Source: Octopus bimaculoides (taxonomy: Eukaryota). From it: DNA of 64,000 bases. Where the stretch lies: NCBI RefSeq assembly GCF_001194135.2, contig NC_068984.1, forward strand, positions 72,042,868 to 72,106,867. The letters are read 5' to 3'. Each line of letters starts with the position of its first letter. Positions within the stretch are counted from its first letter, which is position 1. Below, one piece after another: positions 53,616 to 64,000 of this stretch. The notes below the pieces were generated by a model that worked only from the letters and a program-made list of their open reading frames with translations, searched no databases and was not told the origin of the DNA. Both the position numbers and the translations under genes were made by a program.

Positions 53616-54096
53616 ACAGTTATAATATTGATAACTGGGCACTAAATGAAGTGAAAATGCTAGAGATCTGCATTTAGAATACCCAACAGATTTTGAGAGA
53701 AAATTTATAGACACAATGGTTTGAAGGCGATAAAGTCCTTATACTACGAGAAAACTACCATGAATCATATAAAAAAAGCACTACAAAATTATTTAATTCA
53801 TGAATACAAAAAACTAATACAAATAGCTAGAGAGCGTGAACTAAAGAGAAAACTGTTTTCTGTCTTCGAGAAAACCGAAAATTAGAAAGCAGAAGTCAAA
53901 ACACCTGACGGCTATGAACAAAAGAAAGAAACAACAAACGATTTATAGCAGCGAAATCTAAATTAGGACTGGAGCTACAAATTTCCATGATAAACCGATG
54001 GCAAGAAAAGCACTTACATGGCAAATACTAAAACGAGATGTACAGGTAGTGTATTGAAATCGTATGCATTCAAAATAAGATTTCGGAGAAATAACG

Positions 54097-54160
<64 letters not shown>

Positions 54161-54249
54161 CGATGGTGATGATGATGATGATGATGGTGATGACGATGAT
54201 GGTGATGATAACTAGCTGGACCTGTGAAAAATTCACGAAAAACATAAAC

Positions 54250-54440
54250 GATGTAAGCAACTGGTGCCATGAGAAATGTTTGTATATTACGACTGTTTTA
54301 CGTTCTGAGTTCAAATTCTGCGGAGGTCGAATTTGCCTTTCGTCTATTCGGGAACGATGGCAAGAAATTAAGTACCAGTTCTGTACTGGGGTCGATCTAA
54401 TCAACCGACCCCCTCCCCATAAATATTTCAAGCCTAGAAA
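54250..54440 (+). mobile_element. SINE family A copy
   Basis: ttacgttctgagttcaaattctgcggaggtcgaatttgcctttcgtc...aaattaagtaccagttctgtactggggtcgatctaatc...ccctccc. Confidence 0.8.
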
Positions 54441-54684
54441 TTGTGACACTTACAGAATATAAAAAGTAATGTAACACCAATGACTATATAATCCAAACAA
54501 AATATAGCAGTTACACAAACGTAAACTGAATTATTATTTAATCTTAAAATACATCGTACATATTCAAAGAACCTTCTTGGTTTACTGGTACGGAACGTTT
54601 TTCTGATATTCTTTATTCTTTTACTTGTTTCAGTTATTTGATAGGGGGCATGCTGCAAATTAACCCCTAGACGTATTCCCTCCC

Positions 54685-54838
54685 TGTAAGCATGGTGCTT
54701 ATTCTATGTTTCTTCTATTGAACAGCTAAATCACAGGGACGCAAACGCACCAACATCGGTTGTCAAGCAATGGTTGTGGGGACAAACACAGATACAAGCG
54801 CACACAAATATACATACATACTCACATATATACATACC

Positions 54839-54915
<77 letters not shown>

Positions 54916-54945
54916 ATATATATATATATTTGACGGGCTTCAAGC
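54685..54945 (-). mobile_element. Central part of SINE family B with an expanded (TACA)/(TA) spacer
   Basis: acagggacgcaaacgcaccaacatcggttgtcaagcaatggttgtggggacaaacacag...gacgggcttc. Confidence 0.75.
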
Positions 54946-55479
54946 AGTAGTGACGCAGGCTGGTGCCATTTTTTTGGTTTGCTGGTATGCCGAGAGATAT
55001 CCAGTGGATCCCTAACTGGTTCCTCGATCTTAAAGGTATAATATGGATGTGTAATGATGAGACATCAACAAATGAGCCAGAAATTCTAACTTAAAAGAAT
55101 AGAAAGAAAAACACAACGTTGCATTCCAAAGCCAAAAGACGTTTTTTAGCTAAGGTTTAATTTTATAATGAAAACAAATACAAAATTTTAATTTTGGCGC
55201 AAGACAATAACTCGAGGCTGTGATAGAAAATGATAATTTCAAGATAATGTGGGCTTTTCTCATAATGCCTGCCTGACCATAATTTTGAGGCAAGAAGACC
55301 AGATATGAACATTGAGAAACAATTAACAGTGATTTTCCAGTTCCCTATTTGTTATGTCGCACGTTCGGATGAACTACTCAACTACTCGACGTCTAGACTT
55401 CTCCCTCTATATCCACGTATTGGGCTAGCCTACTTCACCATCTAGGGGCGTCGACACAAAGAATTTTTCTTTTAAATAA

Positions 55480-55753
55480 GTGATATCAGGATCTAGCAAT
55501 AGAACTGAGGTGACTTTGGAAGACCAAAACAACTGTTATCCATCTAGTGATTGGTCCACATGTCACAACGACCATAATGATGCCGGAAAGTTTGAAAGAG
55601 ATTGAAACTGAAACGCGCATTGTCACCTGCAGAATATACCATTCCACCTTCTTCAAACTTAGTAAAGAATTTCCTTGAGGTTTGAGGAGATATGTCAAAA
55701 CATGTCAAGATAAGATACCTGCTAACTAATTTACCATGCACTAAAGTGATGGT

Positions 55754-55830
<77 letters not shown>
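55480..55830 (+). mobile_element. 3' end of an R4/Dong-clade retrotransposon with an (AAC)n(AAT)n tail
   Basis: YQDLAIELR*LWKTKTTVIHLVIG...LKEIETETRIV (the KY.DL.IE..RLW...VIP.VIG pattern), then a short UTR and a microsatellite at 55755-55830. Confidence 0.7.
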
Positions 55831-55835
<5 letters not shown>

Positions 55836-56052
55836 GTAATGATGATGTTTGTAATATACACAAACACACACAGACACACACACACACACACANNNNNNNN
55901 NNNNNNNNNNNNNNNNNNNNNNNNNNNNNNNNNNNNNNNNNNNNNNNNNNNNNNNNNNNNNNNNNNNNNNNNNNNNNNNNNNNNNNNNNNNNNNNNNNNN
56001 NNNNNNNNNNNNNNNNNNNNNNNNNNNNNNNNNNNNNNNNNNNNNNNNNNNN

Positions 56053-56114
<62 letters not shown>

Positions 56115-56115
<1 letters not shown>

Positions 56116-56320
56116 GTGAGCTCAAAGAAGAAAAACAACAAAAAATAGCAAAAAACAACAACGCGAGGACGTGATACAGATATTGTGTTATTGGACGCTC
56201 AGGAAAGGAAAGAAATTCTGACGTTTCGAGCGGAGCTCTTCGTCGGCAATATAGGAAAGTCCAAAGAAGGGAAGACGAAGGAAGAAAAATCCCCAACGTT
56301 ATACACGAGGTTACATATAT
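56115..56320 (-). mobile_element. Penelope-type terminal repeat with a degenerate hammerhead-like motif
   Basis: Minus strand 56246-56220: CCGACGA-a-GAGC-tcc-GCTC-GAAA-cgtc. Confidence 0.55.
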
Positions 56321-57959
56321 ATGTATATATATATATATATACTCAGGCACACAGACACACACACTCACGCCTACTCATATTTGTAGGTTGGTTATTATTT
56401 GCAATGATGTTTAACATTATTGATGTTTTTGACATCGTGCATGTGTAGAAATATGAACTAATTATGTGCAAAAATGAAATGCATATAACTTTTATCGGCA
56501 ATACTATAACGATCGGGAAGCTTCCCTGGATCTCGATAGGCTCTGATAATTTACCTGTTTGAAAAATTATTGGAATTTATGAAACCTTCATTTAACACGC
56601 ATGTATCTTCAGTTTACCTGTACTCTTGTAAACCAATGCATATTTCTCCAATTTTCTGTAATAGCTCATATAGTGTTTCATTTAACCTGAATTTACATAT
56701 GGCCATTCATATTTATCCCCGAATTACACACCACAATAAATGTAGACAATCTGATAGGGTTAAGAACTGAGTGATCGAATAAAACCTTTTAAAATATTTT
56801 ATCACACTATTCATACAGGCACACACATTCTGTGTATACCGACATATGTGCGTGCTTCTCATTGCGTGTGCATTAATATGCGTGCATATGTATACATAAA
56901 TCTCGTATGTTATAATAGTTTTAGTTATACGGCTACATGTTAAACATTGAGTAACACATCTAAAATTGTGGATGTAATACTAGGGAAAAGTCAAAAGTAA
57001 GCGTTAAATTTATTACTTAAGAAAAGTATCTATAAGCAGTTTTCTATTGTTTCTAGTGAGTTCAATGGATATTTATCTCATAATGTTACATTTTCGGCCA
57101 TTTTATTGTGATTTATTCAAAATTGTTAGAACAGCCAAGCCTGATATTTCACTTCCTATCATCTAATATGATTTAATGAAATAAAAAGAAAAACGTCTTC
57201 CGTAACTACCTCATTCACTATCCAAACTTATTACAGAAAAAAAAAACATATTACTGCAGAATACGTTTAAAACAATAAATGTCAAGAAGTATGTTTCGCT
57301 ATTCTTGTCTATAAAGTAAGTGTCAATCAATAATTCGTATTAGTTGTATGATATCATAGTGACGAATCAAAAAAATATATACTGACGAAAAATAAATTTC
57401 TTTGATCACATGGTTTGGAGAAAATAGATAGTATCATAAACTTTGCAATTTCTAATGTTTACATAAAATTTCGTTCGTACTTTAATCAAATTACATATCA
57501 AAACTTACAAGGAATCAAAAAGCATCTGGAAGATAAAATAAAATTGAAAACATTTTTCTCATTCATAGCCGTCAAACAAAGACATGTATAAAACCACGTT
57601 GTGCTCAACCATATTTAATATATTTGTGAAAGGAAATGGCATTAAAAATTTTATGTTAAAAATCTTTCTCAAAACCTTTGAATTCAGCGTTGATTATCTT
57701 ACTTGTTTAAAATATCTACTGATAGCAATATGTATGCAAGTATATATCTTCATGATTAGTAAATTCTCTTTTATTTTTCACTTTATATCCTATTTAATAT
57801 TGTTATTTTTGCATAGCTGCTGCTCAGTATTTTTCCAAAAATGTTGTATATCACAGATACAAAATAAAAAATTAAAGAAGTGATTTTAAATTCTCAATCG
57901 CAGAATAATATAACCTGAACAGGGTAAACTATCCCTATTTTGCAGAGAAAAGTGTAGGT

Positions 57960-58033
57960 GGCTAGCTGTGGACCCGAACTCACATCCCCGTGATTACATG
58001 TCACGATGCTTTGACCGATTAAGCTAAACTACC
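57960..58033 (-). pseudogene. tRNA-Thr(TGT)-like pseudogene or SINE head
   Basis: Cloverleaf on the minus strand: acceptor ggtagtt/agctagc (6 of 7 pairs), D-stem gctt/aagc, anticodon arm cgtga-catgtaa-tcacg, T arm gtgag-ttcgggt-c(-)cac. U33 is replaced by A and one base is missing from the T stem. Confidence 0.6.
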
Positions 58034-58365
58034 CCACTACAAATTCCACTGCAAATTTAAGATGTATAGCAATCTCGCTTTATGAGACGCTCTCATATGT
58101 TAAATTCAAATTACGACAAACGTAAATAAACAAACGAAGTTTGCTTTTAGAAGCGAGCAAAAGCATTAGACTGTGAAAGTTTGTGGTTGGCTTAGATTCA
58201 CTTTTACACTGACATCGCGATTTTGGACAAGGGATATTTGAGAAAAATAAACTGAAAAATAAAATAAAAGAGAAATCACAAAGGTCACACCCTGGATTTA
58301 ATAAGAAGTGAGTGTCGAATAAATACGCTTTCAGCAGAGGTCGACTAAATTCTGTCTCCAGCATC

Positions 58366-58907
58366 TTGATTTCAAGATTAAAGGGAAACGCCTTTTCCAT
58401 CATCAGTGTAATACAACCCAATGCATATAAATACGAACAAATATACATATTCGTGAACACAACGTTCTACAGCGCAAATACACTGTTCATAATTATATAA
58501 AAAATAGAAATTCAAAAATCTGGTTCGTTTATTTCGACGACGTGTTAATAACCAAGTAATTCGGCTGTGAATAGATCTGGTTTGGGTGAAATTTTATATT
58601 TTTAATATATTTTAAAATTTAGGATAAAATCTATATTTGATTCTATCTAGTAGTTAGCATGCATTCAACCGGTTAAGGTTAAATTAATTGAATTATAAAT
58701 GTATATTCAGGGAAAGCGAGTAAGCATACTGGTTGCCAACACATTAGAAGAAGATGCCAAATTTCTCTAAGCAGCCTTAAGATATCACCATAAATTATAC
58801 ACGGGCAAATAAACAAAAAAGGGTCACGATACGGTTCAATTATATATCAATTGATTTCAAGATTTAGGGGAAAACCCTTTTTCCATCATCAGTTCGTATT
58901 TATATGC
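58366..58907 (-). repeat. ~43-bp direct repeat pair plus a 14-bp inverted copy (possible old Penelope-type termini)
   Basis: ttgatttcaagatt.a.ggg.aa..ccttttccatcatcagt at 58366-58407 and 58851-58893. 58894-58907 is the reverse complement of 58423-58436. The minus strand reads CTGATGA...GAAA. Confidence 0.5.
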
Positions 58908-59018
58908 GTTAGATTCAATTATTCACTACTGAATTAGTTATTACAACGTAGTCAAAATAAACGGAACTACATTTAGAATTACTATTTTGTATATACGTAT
59001 GAACAGTGTATTTGCGGG

Positions 59019-59560
59019 GGCCAGATTGGAGCAATTTCGAGTATAACCAGCCGAAATTGCAAAGATAATTTGCAATTATAAACTCGACTGAAGACAGAAA
59101 ACTCCGAATGACCTGTCCTTGCTTTTTGTATCGTCTGTCTGTATGTTTTGTTGTCCCTTTTTTGTATCATCTAACTGTATGTATGTTTTGGTCCAATCTG
59201 GCCAGCCCCAAGGAAAAATTAAGCTAAGAGCATTAGATTCCTTGGGAAAAAGCAGCGAATGTATACAAAAACAAGAACGGAAAGAACGAACAATGTTACA
59301 CAATTACAGTAGGAATGATAACGGGAAATGTCTTTCGACTAAGGACGAATATAATCTTAGCTTAGTTTTTCCTTGGGGCTGGCCAGATTGGAGCAATATC
59401 GAGAATAACCAGCCGAAATTGCAAAGATAATCTGAATCTCGTCTGAAGAGAAAAAAAAAAACTCCGAATGACATGTCCGTGTTTTCGTTGTATCGTCTAT
59501 CTGTAGGTTTTGTTCCTTTCTTGTATCACCTAACTGGCTGGATGTTTTACGTTTTTGTCC
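59019..59560 (+). mobile_element. Penelope-type short insertion with a direct repeat and an inverted segment
   Basis: Direct repeat 59019-~59190 / 59381-~59555. 59192-59229 is the inverted copy (37/38) of 59355-59392. Each direct copy has CTGAAGA...ctcc-GAAT. Confidence 0.65.
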
Positions 59561-59572
59561 CATTCTGCATTA

Positions 59573-59635
<63 letters not shown>

Positions 59636-59774
59636 CAGAGATGTACTTGCATAGCAAGTGACCTAATCTGAGATCGTGTGCTGGAACGAAAACAATTGCA
59701 GCGTGGAAGGTGTTTATAAGGCATTTAAAATAACACACAAAATCCGTTAGATTCACTTCAACATTTAAATTTAA

Positions 59775-59825
59775 TTTGTCAAAATATTTTCGTCGCTTTG
59801 AGACCGCGACTTGTTCACTGACAAA
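59775..59825 (-). ncRNA. Minimal type-I hammerhead ribozyme candidate (G3-C8 covariant core, extra A after A9) inside a ~220-bp repeat (~59625-59840)
   Basis: Minus strand: UUUGUCA-GUGAACA-A-GUCGC-ggucucaaa-GCGAC-GAAA-AUAU-UU-UGACAAA. Stem I is 7/7 and stem II 5/5, GAAA is intact, and stem III is the palindrome AAUAUU. Confidence 0.6.
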
Positions 59826-60339
59826 ATCAGACAATATACACACACACATACACATATATGTATTTATCCACGTATATATTTTTGTAGTGGTGCGCAGACG
59901 TTATATATTAAGAAAACAATTTAGTCAGGATTAAGACAAAAACTGTTATCGCTTTCGTCCCTTTCAGAGATTCACCATGAATGATTTCTTACAGAAAATT
60001 TATTATTCTGTGTGTGTGTGTGTGTGTGTGTGTGTCTGTGTGTGTGTCTGTGTTTGTGTGTGTNNNNNNNNNNNNNNNNNNNNNNNNNNNNNNNNNNNNN
60101 NNNNNNNNNNNNNNNNNNNNNNNNNNNNNNNNNNNNNNNNNNNNNNNNNNNNNNNNNNNNNNNNNNNNNNNNNNNNNNNNNNNNNNNNNNNNNNNNNNNN
60201 NNNNNNNNNNNNNNNNNNNNNNNNNNNNNNNNNNNNNNNNNNNNNNNNNNNNNNNNNNNNNNNNNNNNNNNNNNNNNNNNNNNNNNNNNNNNNNNNNNNN
60301 NNNNNNNNNNNNNNNNNNNNNNNNNNNNNNNNNNNNNNN

Positions 60340-60395
<56 letters not shown>

Positions 60396-60489
60396 TGTAT
60401 GTGTTGCGCATTGGTTGTTTAAATGAATTTATTGGTTGCTTAAGTGAATATAACAAGTATTTTTGTAACTTTATCATGAATGATATCCA

Positions 60490-61160
60490 GTGGTAATCTG
60501 GTTCAGTTCGGCAGTTTTATAGATATTTACGTTCAATTCTCGTAGAAATTATTTCATAAAATTTTGTTCTATTGTCTGCCTGTATTTTAGATCATTTGTT
60601 GTGAAGGGAAGATGCTGAGTATGTTGTTTCCGTATATTTCCAGTATTTCGTTCTGTGGAAACTTAAGCAATTGTTATAGGATGTGGTGTCTAAGTATTAT
60701 TGCACAGTGGCGAATGGACTTGTTTGTTTTGCCAAAGTAATTCTCTTTGCAACTGGGGCACTTTTTGCAGTATGTTGGGTTACTTGTCTTTCAGTTCATA
60801 TTTGCATTTATTTCGACGTAGAATCCCCCTTTAAATTTTACAAGGTAACTGGTATCGAAATAGTTCAAGCTAAATTTGTTACTGCATATCCCACATCGAT
60901 TGTTTCCACAGTACTCAAGAGAGAATTGTGCATTTTCCACTGATTGAACTTCGCCCTTGTGAGAATTTTTAAAGATGTTTTGGCTGAGGATTGACATATT
61001 TTATGAGATCTTCACGAACAAAATATTTCATTTTGCGTCTCTGAAAAAGTACTGGTAGTTTTGGCTTCGTGGTATAAAATGTTTGTCCATCTTCGGTCAT
61101 GTGTGTTGATAAATGAAACAGTGTTTTTTATGTTCTCGTTTTTCACTTTGCTCACGTTTT
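60490..61160 (-). mobile_element. Penelope-like element C-terminus (Cys-rich linker plus GIY-YIG endonuclease), decayed
   Basis: VSFINTHDRR; CGNNRCGICS; ANMN*KTSNPTYCKKCPSCKENYFGKTNKSIR (degenerate LIY...C..C...YIG.T); IFP. Confidence 0.8.
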
Positions 61161-61744
61161 CTTGAGTTCCTATACCATTATATGCATGTATATATACATA
61201 TATATTATTTATATTATTATATGATCGAATGCCACGCATCCATTTCCAAGTAAGTTTTATCTATCTATCTATTTATCTCTCACTCTCTCNNNNNNNNNNN
61301 NNNNNNNNNNNNNNNNNNNNNNNNNNNNNNNNNNNNNNNNNNNNNNNNNNNNNNNNNNNNNNNNNNNNNNNNNNNNNNNNNNNNNNNNNNNNNNNNNNNN
61401 NNNNNNNNNNNNNNNNNNNNNNNNNNNNNNNNNNNNNNNNNNNNNNNNNNNNNNNNNNNNNNNNNNNNNNNNNNNNNNNNNNNNNNNNNNNNNNNNNNNN
61501 NNNNNNNNNNNNNNNNNNNNNNNNNNNNNNNNNNNNNNNNNNNNNNNNNNNNNNNNNNNNNNNNNNNNNNNNNNNNNNNNNNNNNNNNNNNNNNNNNNNN
61601 NNNNNNNNNNNNNNNNNNNNNNNNNNNNNNNNNNNNNNNNNNNNNNNNNNNNNNNNNNNNNNNNNNNNNNNNNNNNNNNNNNNNNNNNNNNNNNNNNNNN
61701 NNNNNNNNNNNNNNNNNNNNNNNNNAAATGTGTTTGTATACATT

Positions 61745-61812
61745 TATGTATGTGTGTGTTTGTAAGAGACAGAGTGTGAGTGAGAGAGAGGTTTGTTGTC
61801 ATGCGTGTGTGC

Positions 61813-61854
<42 letters not shown>

Positions 61855-61946
61855 TCAGACAGACAGACAGAGACAGAGACAGAGAGAGACAGAGAAAGAC
61901 AGAGACAGAGACAGATACAGAGAGAGACAGAGACAGAGACAGAGAC

Positions 61947-61983
<37 letters not shown>

Positions 61984-62122
61984 GAGAGACAGAGCCAGTG
62001 AAGGGGTGTGTCGACAATTATACGTACATACATAAATAGTCATACATTTCTTGTACGTATGTGTGAGTGTGTGTGTGAGAGAGAGAGAGTGTCACTGAAG
62101 CATCTCTCTGTCTGTCTGTCTC

Positions 62123-62170
<48 letters not shown>
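61745..62170. repeat. Complex (GA)n/(GAGACA)n/(CT)n/(CTGT)n microsatellite field
   Basis: Directly visible. Confidence 0.95.
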
Positions 62171-63015
62171 GTGCAGATATACACACAGAAACGATGTATG
62201 CATATGTATTTATGTATGTACGTAGACATCACAACACACGCCTTCACTCACACACATACAGAAACACACATGTGAGCGCATGATTCACTACGAATACATA
62301 GTGCCAAAAAAAAAAAATAATAGAAAATGTATTTACGGAAATTAACGAAGTGTGTGAGTTCGGGACGAAATCAAACCTGGAGTGTGTGAATGAGAGAGAG
62401 AGAGAGAGAGAGAGAGAATATATGAGATGAACATGGAATGCCCCAAAATCGTATAAATAAAAGCACGTTAAAAACTATCCTGTACGGAATATTGAAATTT
62501 ATGAACTTCGTAAATATGTGTTTCAGTAATTGATCGTTGTAGAGAGTGAGAGACGTCGCCGTTTTTTCACGTCCGTACCGGAAGTTGACATTGAGAAACC
62601 TTTTTAAAGAAGTGAATCTTAAATATAAAGCAATATTATTTATTTTTAATTAGAGATAAAAAAAAAAATCAAATGAAGAGCCTAAGATTTATCCGAGGTC
62701 AAATTATTTANNNNNNNNNNNNNNNNNNNNNNNNNNNNNNNNNNNNNNNNNNNNNNNNNNNNNNNNNNNNNNNNNNNNNNNNNNNNNNNNNNNNNNNNNN
62801 NNNNNNNNNNNNNNNNNNNNNNNNNNNNNNNNNNNNNNNNNNNNNNNNNNNNNNNNNNNNNNNNNNNNNNNNNNNNNNNNNNNNNNNNNNNNNNNNNNNN
62901 NNNNNNNNNNNNNNNNNNNNNNNNNNNNNNNNNNATCACAAGTATGGAAGTAAATAGTGAAGCCGTTTTCACGTGAAAAGCGATTCCACACACACCTCTG
63001 TTTTATATATAGTAT

Positions 63016-63046
<31 letters not shown>

Positions 63047-63048
<2 letters not shown>

Positions 63049-63192
63049 TTTCCGTCTACCAAATCTACTTAGAAGTCTTTGATCAGCCCTAGGCTATAGT
63101 AGAAGACACTTACCCAAGGTGCCCTGCAGTGGGACTAAGCTCGGAACGATGTGGTTGGGAAGCAAGCTCCTTACCACACTGCCACTCCTGCA
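63047..63192 (-). mobile_element. 5' head of SINE family B
   Basis: Reverse complement tgcaggagtggcagtgtggtaaggagcttgcttcccaaccacatcgttccgagcttagtcccactgcagggcaccttgggtaagtgtcttctactatagcc...ttggtagacggaaact. Confidence 0.8.
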
Positions 63193-64000
63193 ACCATATA
63201 GAATCTTATGTAGATCGGGATATGGGAATACATGTATGAGTTTCTGTGGATATATATACGTATGCGCACTATGTATGTATGTTCGTAGTTCATCAAGTAC
63301 ATGCCTCTACTCAATTTCAATGAATTTCACATCTCTTTATAATGTAGCATAATGAAAACTATTGTATAAATGTCTTTCATTTATTTTTTTAAATACGAAG
63401 TATATGAATAGGATTTAGGTCAAGCTCTTTTATTAATTTGTCTTCATCTTTAATTGCGCTGATTCTTACTTTATCTAATTGCATGGTGCTGCAATCTGTT
63501 GTAAAAATATTAGTTTCATCTATTAGTTTCAAAAGGATTCACTTCAGTGTAAGCGTTATTTTGTAATATAATGCCTTAATTCTAGAAACAAAGATGTCTT
63601 TTAAAGATATATGGTTAACCATGTGTCTTCTTTAAATATCTTCAAAAAAAATTAGGTATTTTTTCACTGCTCATTGAGAACGCTCTCAAAATCACATATA
63701 TATGATTCTCTGAAATTATACGAGAATTTTCTATTTTTTTCTATAACTCAAGGTATGCTACAGAGCTCGTATTACACAGTAACTTCTGTTTAAAATAATA
63801 CTTTTGCAGTAGTTATTTTTTGTTATTTTTATAGAAAATAAACATATATATTGATTTTGTATATTCCCCATATGATATATATAAATATGTGTGTGTGTGT
63901 GTGTATACAATTATTGAGAGAATGAGAGAGATATATACAAAGAGGCATATATATATATATATATGTGCATATATATACATATATATATACATACATATAT

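Overview
AT-rich, microsatellite-dense eukaryotic (animal) DNA with seven N-gaps. The SINE families look like those I recall from octopus (coleoid cephalopod) genomes; this is a recollection, not a database result. I find no prokaryotic genes, no CRISPR array and no host protein-coding gene I can support, and most of the six-frame ORF track is microsatellite translation. The window is intronic or intergenic sequence full of decayed mobile elements. DNA transposons: a structurally complete Merlin element (62-bp TIRs, 8-bp TSD), two Chapaev3-like remnants, two mariner copies (one with both TIRs), a Tc1 fragment, a hAT (DUF4371-type) fragment and a foldback MITE. Retroelements: an L1/Tx1-type ORF1 without ORF2, four R4/Dong-clade fragments next to microsatellites, a HERO-like fragment arranged as a 1.2-kb foldback, Penelope-like RT and GIY-YIG fragments with terminal direct and inverted repeats, and many tRNA-derived SINEs. 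The most interesting signal is a set of minimal type-I hammerhead-ribozyme-like motifs at the ends of short retroelements. One (59775-59825, minus strand) has perfect stems I and II, a palindromic stem III, a compensatory G3-C8 core swap and an extra A after A9. Another lies in the tail of a tRNA-headed SINE, suggesting a SINE that borrows a Penelope-type terminus.
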